This document shows, one piece after another, positions 1-9,600 of a stretch of DNA of 25,846 nucleotides (position 1 is its first letter; every line of letters starts with the position of its first letter). Below the pieces are notes generated by a model, which did not search any database, was not told the origin of the DNA, and saw nothing but the letters and a program-made list of their open reading frames with translations. The stretch spans positions 1-25,846 of the IMG/VR virus record IMGVR_UViG_3300018073_000025, one strand, 5' to 3'. Both the position numbers and the translations under genes were made by a program. The DNA is from a virus. Taxonomy: Duplodnaviria; Caudoviricetes.

Positions 1-1
1 T

Positions 2-970
2 GATATGAAGGGTATTGTAGCAGACGCGGCAAAGAGTGGTTCTCTTAAGCACGCGGTTGAGGCATATGCTCTCGCTCACGGTATCACCAATATCGATCTT
101 CTGTTCCCAGAGGCTCGTGCTGTTACGACGACTCCTGACTGGGACAAGCGTCGGACCGAGTGGGTTTCTAGTGTGCTGGGTGGCACTCGGAAGAGTCCAT
201 TCTCCAGGATCAAGAGCTGGTCTGCAGATCTGACAATGGAAGAGGCTCGCGCCAAGGGTTATGTTACCGGTGCTCTGAAGACCGAAGAGTTCTTTAGTGT
301 TGCTAGGCGAATCACCACTCCCACTACCATCTACAAGAAGCAGAAGCTCGACCGCGATGACATCGTGGATATTGTAGACTTTGATGTTGTGGCTTGGATG
401 CGTGGTGAGATGCGCATGATGCTCGATGAGGAGCTCGCGCGCGCGGTACTTATTGGTGATGGTCGTACCATGCCAGACCCAGACAAGATCGACGAGGGAT
501 CTATTCGTCCGGTTGCCAAGGACGACCCTCTGTATACGACTCAGGTCGTTTCTCCTGCATGGGTTACTGGCACCACCAAGCCTCACACTCTCACCGATTT
601 GATTGTTTCGTCTCGTGTCAGCTACAAGGGTACCGGTGCTCCTACATTCTACACGACCGAGGTCTGGTTGACCCGATTCTTGCTCGAGCGCGATGCTGAT
701 GGTCGCCGTCTGTACCGAACGGTTGACGAGCTCGCCCAAGAGATGCGTGTCGCTGCCATCATCCCGGTTGAGGTCCTCGAAGAGGATGCGAAGCTGATCG
801 GGATCATGGTAAACCTGAGTGACTACACTCTTGGTGCGGACAAGGGTGGAGAGGTCAATATGTTTGATGACTTCGACATCGACTACAACCAGTACAAGTA
901 TCTGATTGAGACTCGAGTTTCTGGAGCCCTCACGAAGCTCAAGTCTGCTGTGGTCTTCAAGACTCCTTAG
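2..970 (+). CDS. Major capsid protein (HK97-like fold), probably 5'-truncated by the window edge
   Basis: Open frame from the window start (ATG at 5, in-frame codon before it). Contains capsid-type segments 'DDIVDIVDFDVVAWMRGEMRMMLDEELARAVLIGDG' and 'FDDFDIDYNQYKYLIETRVSGAL'. Lies upstream of the connector and tail genes. Confidence 0.85.
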   Translation, partial: DMKGIVADAAKSGSLKHAVEAYALAHGITNIDLLFPEARAVTTTPDWDKRRTEWVSSVLGGTRKSPFSRIKSWSADLTMEEARAKGYVTGALKTEEFFSVARRITTPTTIYKKQKLDRDDIVDIVDFDVVAWMRGEMRMMLDEELARAVLIGDGRTMPDPDKIDEGSIRPVAKDDPLYTTQVVSPAWVTGTTKPHTLTDLIVSSRVSYKGTGAPTFYTTEVWLTRFLLERDADGRRLYRTVDELAQEMRVAAIIPVEVLEEDAKLIGIMVNLSDYTLGADKGGEVNMFDDFDIDYNQYKYLIETRVSGALTKLKSAVVFKTP

Positions 971-980
971 GATTAGTCAA

Positions 981-1310
981 ATGGCAAAGTTCTTCAGTGA
1001 AATTGGCTATGGCATTAGTGTCGAAACGGATAATGGAGTTTGGGTGGATAGCATTATCGAACGTAAATATTATGGTGATGTTATTCGTAATACTCGGAAA
1101 TTAGCAGAAGGTGAAAATCTTAACAGCGATATTTCCCTTCAAAACTCTGTCAGTATCGTGGCTGATGCATATGCTAATGAACACTTCTTTGCCATTCGCT
1201 TTGTGCGGTGGGCGGGTACACTCTGGACAGTTGAAACAGTAGAAGTTCAGAGTCCTCGCCTTATATTGCGGCTGGGAGGTGTTTATAATGGTCCAACAGC
1301 GACGACTTGA
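981..1310 (+). CDS. Head-to-tail stopper/adaptor protein
   Basis: ATG at 981 (MAKFFSEIGYG...), 109 aa, beta-rich with 'W.V..VEV..PRLIL.LGGVYNG'. Directly after the capsid gene. Confidence 0.65.
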   Translation: MAKFFSEIGYGISVETDNGVWVDSIIERKYYGDVIRNTRKLAEGENLNSDISLQNSVSIVADAYANEHFFAIRFVRWAGTLWTVETVEVQSPRLILRLGGVYNGPTATT

Positions 1311-1599
1311 GCTTCAATCTCTGCTTGAAGAACTGTTGGGTTCAGATCAAGTATATTTTCAGCCACCGACAAACATTATTATGACTTACCCTTGTATTGT
1401 GTATCATAGAGATACTGCAAACACTGAATTCTCAGACAATAATCCTTATCGGCACACTAAGCGATATCAGGTTACCGTTATTGATCGGAATCCTGATAGT
1501 GAGATTCCAGATAAGGTCGCCAATTTGCCGATGTGTTTGTTCAACCGGTTTTTTACGGCAGGTAACCTTAATCATGATGTCTTCAATCTTTATTACTAA
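1288..1599 (+). CDS. Tail terminator / tail completion protein
   Basis: GGAGGT RBS then ATG 1288. 'VYFQPP...YPCIVY...YQVTVID' pattern typical of tail terminators. Immediately before the major tail gene. Confidence 0.7.
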   Translation: MVQQRRLELQSLLEELLGSDQVYFQPPTNIIMTYPCIVYHRDTANTEFSDNNPYRHTKRYQVTVIDRNPDSEIPDKVANLPMCLFNRFFTAGNLNHDVFNLYY

Positions 1600-1608
1600 G
1601 GAGTGGAA

Positions 1609-2286
1609 ATGGCTAAACTTGTCTGGGATGCAGTTGGCGAACGAGTTTACGAAACTGGTGTCGACCACGGTGTCCTTTATCTCCCTGATGTTGCGGGAGC
1701 ATACACATGGGGCGTTGCTTGGAACGGTTTGATTTCAGTTACCGAGTCTCCTTCCGGAGCAGAGGCCAATCCACAATACGCCGACAACATCAAGTACTTG
1801 AACCTGGTTTCAGCTGAAGAGTTCGGTGCCACTATCGAGGCATTCACTTATCCAGAAGAGTTCTCTCAGTGTGATGGTACCGCTATTCCTGAAGTGGGTG
1901 TAGTGTTTGGGCAGCAAGCACGCAAGATGTTCGGTCTGTGCTACCGCACCAAGGTGGGTAATGATGTCGAGGGTCAAGACTTCGGTTATAAGCTGCACTT
2001 GGTTTATGGCTGTATGGCTGCTCCTTCTGAGAAGGCCTATAGCACGATCAATGACTCACCTGAAGCTCTTACATTTAGTTGGGAGCTTACCACTTCTCCA
2101 GTTGCGGTAACGGGGTACAGGCCTGTGGCCAGTATTACAATCGACTCTACCCTTGTCGATTCAGCAGCTCTGCTCCTTCTTGAAGATGAGCTGTTTGGTA
2201 CTGGTACTGGTCCTGGTCCAGGTCCTGGTCCCGGTCAACCTCATCTTCCAACCCCAGATGAGGTTCTGGAACTCCTTGCAAGTTAA
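1609..2286 (+). CDS. Major tail (tube) protein
   Basis: AAGGAG RBS, ATG 1609. Motifs '[18 protein letters not shown]', '[14 protein letters not shown]', '[23 protein letters not shown]', 'GYKLHLVY'. Position in the module. Confidence 0.85.
   Translation: MAKLVWDAVGERVYETGVDHGVLYLPDVAGAYTWGVAWNGLISVTESPSGAEANPQYADNIKYLNLVSAEEFGATIEAFTYPEEFSQCDGTAIPEVGVVFGQQARKMFGLCYRTKVGNDVEGQDFGYKLHLVYGCMAAPSEKAYSTINDSPEALTFSWELTTSPVAVTGYRPVASITIDSTLVDSAALLLLEDELFGTGTGPGPGPGPGQPHLPTPDEVLELLAS
2197..2238 (+). repeat. In-frame 6-bp degenerate tandem repeat encoding [14 protein letters not shown]
   Basis: GGTACT GGTACT GGTCCT GGTCCA GGTCCT GGTCCC GGTCAA seen directly. Confidence 0.8.
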
Positions 2287-2299
2287 GAGGAATTTAAAG

Positions 2300-2842
2300 A
2301 TGCTCAGAATTGAGGTTCCTCTTTCTGAATCTTTCAATGATGAAAGTCAAGAGTTCATAGTCTCTGAAAGTTTTCCAATAGAGTTAGAGCACTCTTTGAT
2401 TTCACTGTCAAAATGGGAAGCACATTTTGAAAAACCATTCTTAGATTCTAAAGAGAAAACTGCAGAAGAAACTTTGTGGTACATCAAAGCAATGACTTTG
2501 ACTTTAGATGTGCCTGATGACGTATATTCAAGTCTATCAAGCGATAACTATGATGGCATCAATCGATATATCAATGCTAAGATGACTGCTACTTGGTTTT
2601 CTAATATAGAAACTACTCCTCGTTCTCGAGAGGTAGTTACTTCGGAGATCATTTATTATTGGATGATTGCTTTGACTATTCCATTTGAGACTGAGAAATG
2701 GCATTTGAATAGATTACTTACTTTGATTAAAGTTTGTAATCAAAAGAATGCTCCAAAGAAACGTATGGATCGTCGCGAAGCAGCGGCTAGACAACGCGAA
2801 CTAAATGCTCAACGTCGAGCTCGTTTGGGAACTAGTGGATGA
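2300..2842 (+). CDS. Tail assembly chaperone-like protein
   Basis: AGAGGA RBS, ATG 2300 (MLRIEVP...), 180 aa, directly after the major tail gene. '[12 protein letters not shown]' and '[12 protein letters not shown]' segments. Function inferred from synteny. Confidence 0.6.
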   Translation: MLRIEVPLSESFNDESQEFIVSESFPIELEHSLISLSKWEAHFEKPFLDSKEKTAEETLWYIKAMTLTLDVPDDVYSSLSSDNYDGINRYINAKMTATWFSNIETTPRSREVVTSEIIYYWMIALTIPFETEKWHLNRLLTLIKVCNQKNAPKKRMDRREAAARQRELNAQRRARLGTSG

Positions 2843-2854
2843 GAGGAGGGCTGC

Positions 2855-3520
2855 GTGTCAAAACTAGTTTGGGACGTTGCAGGTACTAGATTTTATGAAT
2901 CTGGTGTGGATCGAGGCGTATTATATGCGCCCTTCTTTGATGGCGTTGCTTGGAATGGACTTATCTCAGTTTCAGAAGCTCCTACTGGTGGAGAAGCTAA
3001 ACCTTACTACATTGATGGGATCAAATTCCTAAATTTATCAGCTGCTGAAGAGTTTGAGGCTACACTTGTTGCTTTTTCTAAGCCTCAAGAGTTCAACGTT
3101 TGTGATGGAACGACTAAACTAAATGCTGGATTGTTCGTTACCCAACAAAAGCGACAATTTTTTGGTTTGTCGTATCGTACAAAGATTGGGAACGATACTT
3201 CAGGTCTTGATTACGGTTATAAAATTCATTTAGTTTATAATATATTAGCTACTCCATCTCAAATTAATAACAACACTTTAAGCGACGAGGCTGAGCCGAT
3301 AAATTATAGTTGGAATTTAACCACCACACCTCCAGAATTAATAAGCGAAGGTCCTGGTATAAGAACGTTTAATTTTAAACCAAGTGCTCATTTCGTGATT
3401 GACTCTAAACTTTCTTCAACTGCAAACTTGACTGAGATAGAGAACATTCTCTATGGATCAAATGTTGCAGCATCTCGTCTACCGTCGGTATACGAGTTGA
3501 TTACGATATTTGCATCATGA
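2855..3520 (+). CDS. Major-tail-like protein, paralogue 2
   Basis: GAGGAGG RBS, GTG start. Collinear similarity to 1609..2286 ([54 protein letters not shown]). Confidence 0.8.
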   Translation: MSKLVWDVAGTRFYESGVDRGVLYAPFFDGVAWNGLISVSEAPTGGEAKPYYIDGIKFLNLSAAEEFEATLVAFSKPQEFNVCDGTTKLNAGLFVTQQKRQFFGLSYRTKIGNDTSGLDYGYKIHLVYNILATPSQINNNTLSDEAEPINYSWNLTTTPPELISEGPGIRTFNFKPSAHFVIDSKLSSTANLTEIENILYGSNVAASRLPSVYELITIFAS

Positions 3521-4257
3521 CCAGGTTGCAGTGGGCCCAAATGTCTCACGGGTATGAACAGGGTTTAGATCGCGGTGTTTTTTATTCAGGGAGTGGTTGG
3601 GGAGAGTCGTGGAACGGTTTGATATCAATTGTAGAGGAAACTAACGTCTCAGATAGTATACGTTATCTTGATGGGGTGAAGATTCCAGCATCTAGTAATT
3701 ATGGATATTTTTCTGGAACGATCGAAGCTTTTACTTATCCAGATTCTTTTGCTGAATACGACGGCACCTCTCAAAATTTTATTCATCAACAAAAACGAAA
3801 GAGTTTCAGTCTTTGTTATCGCATTAAAACTAAAGATTCTTATAAAATTCATCTTATTTATAATGCAAAAGTAACACCAACCAAACGAGCACATGAACAA
3901 CTTGATGCTTCAGTATTTAGTTGGGCTTTTACAACTCAAGCTGTTCAAATTCCAGATGGATATATTGGTTCTCATTTGATCATCGAAGTTGATGATGCAT
4001 ATCCAAACGCAATAAAAGATCTTGAAGATGTACTTTATGGCAGTGATATTAATAATTCACGTATTCCTTCCCCTACAGAATTGATGGAAATATTTGAAAC
4101 ATATGCTCTTCTTAAAGTTACTAAAAATAGTGATGGAACCTTTACTGTTAAAGGTCCTAATGAAGCAATTACGATGTTGGATTCTACAACTTTTGAAATT
4201 ACATGGCACTCAGCCATTTATATTAATGATGTAACTTATAGAATTAGTTCTGGATAG
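3517..4257 (+). CDS. Major-tail-like protein, paralogue 3, with C-terminal extension
   Basis: ATGA overlap with the previous gene. [39 protein letters not shown] match the other two. About 50 extra C-terminal residues. Confidence 0.75.
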   Translation: MTRLQWAQMSHGYEQGLDRGVFYSGSGWGESWNGLISIVEETNVSDSIRYLDGVKIPASSNYGYFSGTIEAFTYPDSFAEYDGTSQNFIHQQKRKSFSLCYRIKTKDSYKIHLIYNAKVTPTKRAHEQLDASVFSWAFTTQAVQIPDGYIGSHLIIEVDDAYPNAIKDLEDVLYGSDINNSRIPSPTELMEIFETYALLKVTKNSDGTFTVKGPNEAITMLDSTTFEITWHSAIYINDVTYRISSG

Positions 4258-4268
4258 AAGGAGGTTTT

Positions 4269-6278
4269 ATGGCTACTGTTACTGGATTAACTGCAGCTCG
4301 AATGCTTGAGATTGAAGCAGCTTCGGTTGTAGATGGTGAAGTTATCGGCGATAATCTTTTCTTAACAACTCACGGACATGAACAAATTAATGCTGGAAAC
4401 GTTAGAGGCAGTCCTGGACCTGGAGTACCTCCTGGTGGTGTTAAAGATGAATGTTTGGTCAAGATTAATGATGTTGATTACAATACTAAGTGGGATACTA
4501 GATTAACTCAGAGTGCAGCCGATTCTCGATATATTAAATTAACAGGTAGTTTGATTGAGCGTGGAGATCATCCTCCAAACATAGCTGCCGTTCCAGGAAC
4601 AATTTATCTACAAACAGCAACAGGAATGGATTCAGATCTTGGAGCTCTTTGGGTAAAAGAGACGGGAACTGATAAACAAGGTTGGCATGCTTTTTCAACT
4701 TTTAGTATTCATGATTTGGAATCGGGACAGGATCTAAATTCAATCACCGCTCAAGGATATTATCGAGTAGATTCTTCAAATATTGCTAATAGTTTAATTA
4801 ATTGGCCAGTTGAAGCTATCCCACGAACCGATTCAGCCAATTTTAATAATCCTGTTGGTTCATTCAGACCTGCATTATTTGGATTGTTAACAGTTACGAA
4901 TACATTTTTACTAGTTATTCAAACAGTTGAACTTTTGTGGCATAGACTTTCTGATGGTCCTTTGGTTTTCACTTATAAACGAATACGATCAAAAGATGGA
5001 ACTATTTGGGGTTCATGGGAATACATTTCCCCTCAAACTTTGCATGTTCTATCTTCGGGTGAAAAGCGTATTGTTGCTAAAGAAGTTTTCTATGGAGCTA
5101 TATTTAATAAAAGTCGAACTCCAGCGAGATTGATAATAGATTCAGGTAATTCGCAGCCATTGTCTATTATAGAGGATATTACTCCAGATGGAGTTCAGTG
5201 GTTTAGATCTAATACTGGTGCTCGACAATCTAGTTCTGGGTGGATAAATTTAACTCTTGAACATAATTTTGAGCATTATACTTCTGGATCCTGGCCTGAA
5301 CTTTCAGCTATTCGAACAAGTGCAGGCATTATTTGTACAAGAGGTTTGCTTAAACGAACAGGGGTTCCTCCTAGTGGCACGGTTATAGCAAATTTGCCTG
5401 AGGGAATGCGACCTGCAGACAAACTACAATTTGTTGGTTGTGCTGATAACAATACAATGGGAACGACAATTAATGTTGAAACAAATGGTGATATCATATT
5501 TGATGGAACGGGTTCTAATTCTGTAGACTTTGTTGATATGAACATGATTATATTTCCAGCAGCAGATGTAGCACCAAACAGCGCATGGACAACAATTACA
5601 CCTGTAGGAAATTGGAAGGATGTAGGATTAACCAACGCATCATGGCCAAGGTTGGGTTATTGGGAAGATCAACTTGGCCGGGTTTGGTTGAGAGGATTGA
5701 TTCAATACAACGGCAGTGTTCCGGCAGGTCAATTGGAGATGTTCAGACTTCCAGCTCCATATTCTCCTGCTTACAGTACCCATCAAGTTATGCCTATGTC
5801 AAATACTGTTAAGAGAATAGCAACTATGCGTTTTGCTGCAGTAAATGATAAAAATCCAGAAACTTCTGCGTGTACATTCTTCTATGATAGGAATCCAACT
5901 GGATCGGCATTTTCTCCTGCGATTAGTCAGATTCATATTTTACCAGTTGCAGCAATTCCAGAATCTAATTGGCGCAGTCCGAATCTTTTGAATGATTGGT
6001 ATAACTTTAATCCAGAAGTGTTTCCTTCTATAGGTGTATGGTCTGCACCGGATGGAATTCAACATATTCGTGGATTGGTTAGAGGTGGTACTGTTCCTCC
6101 TGTTGTTTTAAACAACTGGGGATCAGGAGACAAATGTGATGTTGATAGTTTGCTTGCTCCGGTTGCAACCTCAGAAGTGTACGGTCGTGTAGAAATATCT
6201 CAACCTAATCTGCTTGTTCACGTAGGTTCAATCGGTTGGGTCAGTTTGGATGGACTTCATTATATGTTGGAGGCATAG
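4269..6278 (+). CDS. Minor tail / receptor-binding fibre protein (pyocin-knob-like domain plus three repeated C-terminal beta domains)
   Basis: AAGGAGG RBS, 669 aa. Short Gly/Pro linker; knob-like 'DLNSI...GYYRV...GLLTV...IQT...YKRIR...WGSW'; three repeats of 'W.....N(F/W)...(W/F)P......G....RGL'. Confidence 0.7.
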   Translation: MATVTGLTAARMLEIEAASVVDGEVIGDNLFLTTHGHEQINAGNVRGSPGPGVPPGGVKDECLVKINDVDYNTKWDTRLTQSAADSRYIKLTGSLIERGDHPPNIAAVPGTIYLQTATGMDSDLGALWVKETGTDKQGWHAFSTFSIHDLESGQDLNSITAQGYYRVDSSNIANSLINWPVEAIPRTDSANFNNPVGSFRPALFGLLTVTNTFLLVIQTVELLWHRLSDGPLVFTYKRIRSKDGTIWGSWEYISPQTLHVLSSGEKRIVAKEVFYGAIFNKSRTPARLIIDSGNSQPLSIIEDITPDGVQWFRSNTGARQSSSGWINLTLEHNFEHYTSGSWPELSAIRTSAGIICTRGLLKRTGVPPSGTVIANLPEGMRPADKLQFVGCADNNTMGTTINVETNGDIIFDGTGSNSVDFVDMNMIIFPAADVAPNSAWTTITPVGNWKDVGLTNASWPRLGYWEDQLGRVWLRGLIQYNGSVPAGQLEMFRLPAPYSPAYSTHQVMPMSNTVKRIATMRFAAVNDKNPETSACTFFYDRNPTGSAFSPAISQIHILPVAAIPESNWRSPNLLNDWYNFNPEVFPSIGVWSAPDGIQHIRGLVRGGTVPPVVLNNWGSGDKCDVDSLLAPVATSEVYGRVEISQPNLLVHVGSIGWVSLDGLHYMLEA

Positions 6279-6283
6279 TTGAC

Positions 6284-6664
6284 GTGGTATTTTCTGTCGA
6301 ATCTCATGGCTCCTTCAATAAGACTCAATCTTTTTTAACCAATCTAGGAAAGATTGATATTACTAGAATTCTTAACAGCAAAGGTCAAGAAGGAGTGACT
6401 GCTTTAGAATCTGTTACTCCCCAAGAGACTGGTCTAGCTGCTGGTTCTTGGTATTATGAAGTAAGTAGTAGTTCAAACAGTTTTCAAATTGCTTGGTATA
6501 ATTCAGATGTTGAGAACGGTTTTCCTGTAGTCATAATGCTTCAATACGGTTATGGTACAGGAACAGGAGGCTATGTTCAAGGACGGGATTTTATAAATCC
6601 AGCAATTCAACCCATATTTGATCAGATCTCTGAAGATGTATGGAAGGCGGTGACCTCAGCATGA
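6284..6664 (+). CDS. HK97 gp10-like neck/tail completion protein
   Basis: GGAGG then GTG 6284 (start uncertain). 'TP.ETG..A.SW', 'LQYGYGT..GGYVQGRDFINPAI' is the gp10-like pattern. Confidence 0.6.
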   Translation: MVFSVESHGSFNKTQSFLTNLGKIDITRILNSKGQEGVTALESVTPQETGLAAGSWYYEVSSSSNSFQIAWYNSDVENGFPVVIMLQYGYGTGTGGYVQGRDFINPAIQPIFDQISEDVWKAVTSA

Positions 6665-9600
6665 GTAAGGTTGAAGAACGCGTAGTCGTAATGAAGTTTG
6701 ACAATGCGCAATTCGAACGTGGAATTAAAGCTACGATGGATTCTCTCGCGGCTCTCAACAAAGGACTTCAGCTGCAGGGAGCCACCAAAGGTATAGATGA
6801 TGTTAGTCAAGCAGCAAGTAAATTATCATTGCAACATATATCCGATAGTATTGATAGTGTTGCCTCTAGATTTACGGCTATGACAGCTATCGCCATTACA
6901 GCATTTGCAACTATTGTTAATAAGGCTGTAGATGCTGGTATTAGGATGGCAAAATCTTTTAGCGTAGATCCTGTCGCTGCCGGTTTGAAGGAGTACGAAA
7001 CAAATCTAAACTCAATTCAAACTATTCTGTCAAACACACAGTGGGAAAACAAAGGTTTAGATGATGTCAATGCGGCTCTTGGTGAACTGAACACGTATTC
7101 AGACCAAACCATCTATAACTTCAGTGAGATGGCTCGAAACATCGGTACGTTCACAGCTGCTGGTGTTGGTTTGGAAGCTTCGACTTCGGCAATCAAGGGT
7201 ATTGCAAATCTCGCTGCAGTTTCAGGTTCAAATGCACAACAAGCCTCTACTGCGATGTACCAGCTTTCTCAAGCTCTTGCTACGGGTAAAGTCAGTCTTA
7301 TGGACTGGAACTCTGTCGTAAATGCTGGTATGGGTGGTAAGGTTTTCCAGGATGCTATAAAGGAGACTGCTCGGGTTCATGGCGTAGCAATCGATGATAT
7401 AATCGCTGACTCCGGTTCCTTTCGAGACTCCCTTCAAGAAGGATGGCTTACTTCAGACATCCTTACTGAGACCCTTAGCAAGTTTACTGGTGACCTTAAT
7501 GAACAACAGCTCAAGACCATGGGCTACAATGACGAGCAAATCGCCGGCATCCTCAAGATGGGTCAGACGGCTAAGGATGCGGCCACCAAGGTAAAGACTT
7601 TTGGTCAGTTGGTAGGTACCCTCCAAGAGGCAGCAGGGTCCGGATGGGCTAAGACCTGGGAACTCCTTATAGGCGACTTTGACGAGGCCAAAGAACTTTG
7701 GACCAACGTCAACAATGTCGTCGGTGGTTTCATCACCCGTTCTGCTGAAGCACGCAACAAGGTTTTGGGTGACTGGAAAGAGCTGGGGGGACGCACCGTC
7801 CTCATCGAAGGCATCGGTAATGTTTTCAAAGCTCTTGGTCAAGTCATCGCTCCAATCAAGGAAGCATTTAGAGACATCTTTCCAGCGCAGACCGGTCAGA
7901 GTCTTTATGACTTGACGGTTAAGTTCCGAGACTTCACAGAAAAGCTCAAAATAGGAAGTGAAACGGCCGAGAAAATTGGCCGCACTTTCAAAGGTGTGTT
8001 CGCTATCTTTGGTATCGGTTGGATGGTCATCAAAGAATTGGCTGGAACACTCTTTGGTTTGTTCGGAACTGTAACTGAAGGTAGTGGAAGTTTCCTAGAT
8101 ATCACTGCGAAAGTTGGAGACTTCCTTGTTAGGGTTCATGATGCAATTAAGAGTGGTGAAGGACTTCATAGCTTCTTTGAAGGTCTTGGAAAAGTCGTTG
8201 CTATACCGATTCAAGCTATAAAAGAGCTTTGGCAGTGGATAAAGGCACTCTTTGACGGTATCGAGGGTGCTAAGACCGGCGGGCTTGATCGAATTTCTGA
8301 TCGATTTGGCCAATTAACTGAAGTCGGATCGGCTCTAGGCAAGGTTTGGGACAAGGTTTCTGGATTCTTTAAGAGTGCCTATCAGGCAATTTCTCCCTTG
8401 GTTGATATTATCGGAGAATTCTTCTCCCAATTCGGAAGTAGTCTTGCTGATGCATTCAGTGGAGATAACTTCAGTCTTGCTCTAGATGCTTTGAATACAG
8501 GTCTTTTAGCTGGAGCATTGCTTCTGCTTAAGAAATTCGTCACAAATGGATTCAAATTTGATGTTGGTGGCGGTTTCTTTGGGTCAATTAAGAAGTCTTT
8601 TGAAGGCCTTACTGGTGTCTTTTCAGCGATGCAGATGCAACTTAAAGCTGATGCCCTGCTCAAAATCGGCGGCGCTATAGCTTTGATTACTTTGTCGGTC
8701 GTAGCTCTATCTCTGATTGATTCGGATAAGCTGACAAAAGCTATTACTGCTCTGTCTGTACTCTTTGTGCAGTTGTTGGCAGCAATGACGATAATGGAGA
8801 AGGTCTCTTCATCTAAAGGCTTTGCCAAGATGCCTGTCGTTGCGGCTGCTCTTATTCTGTTTGCAATTGCTATTGATTTGCTTACTATCGCCGTAGGCAA
8901 ATTGGCTAAACTTGACTGGGATGAACTAGCCAAGGGTTTGATTGGTGTTACTATTCTAATCGGACTTCTTATTGTTGCTACTAAGGAAATGGATAAGAAC
9001 GCTAGCGGAATGATTCGTTCTTCTGTTGCTCTTATCCTTCTTGCAGTAGCAATCAATATTCTTGTGATGGCGGTTGATAAACTGGGCGATATGGACTGGG
9101 ACAAGCTCGTCAAGGGCCTCGTCGGGGTCGGTGCTCTTCTTCTTGAGCTTGGGTTATTTACTCGATTCTCACAAGCCGATAAAGGTGGAATTTCTTCCGG
9201 AGCAGGATTGCTCCTATTGGCTGCAGGTATTTATATTCTGGCTATGGCTATGGAGAAGATTGCTGATCTTTCTTGGGAAGATATAGCAAAGGGTTTGGTT
9301 GTTACAGCTATTGGTCTTGGTGCTATGGCTGGAGCACTCAAACTGATACCTCCAGGATCTGTTCTATCTGCTGCTGCTATATTAATAACCGCTGCAGCTC
9401 TTGAAATCATTGCAGATGTAATGGATAAGATGGGTGATTATGACTGGGAGAAGATTGCTAGAGGACTAGTTGCCATGGCCGGTTCTTTGACGGCTATAAG
9501 TATAGCTTTGGGTCTTCTTCCACCGGGCTCTGTTCTGTCTGCTGCCGCCATATTTATCGCAGCTGCAGCTCTTGAAATCGTTGCAGATGTAATGGATAAG

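Noticed and set aside
1281-1291. TATAATG at 1284 as another motif copy
   Set aside because: It lacks the upstream TCGC and TACA boxes and the GAGA tail. It is the RBS-ATG spacer of the tail terminator gene.
2300-2860. Programmed -1 frameshift tail chaperone pair (G/GT)
   Set aside because: There is a single ORF followed by a tail-tube paralogue with its own RBS. I found no overlapping second frame or convincing slippery site at the 3' end.
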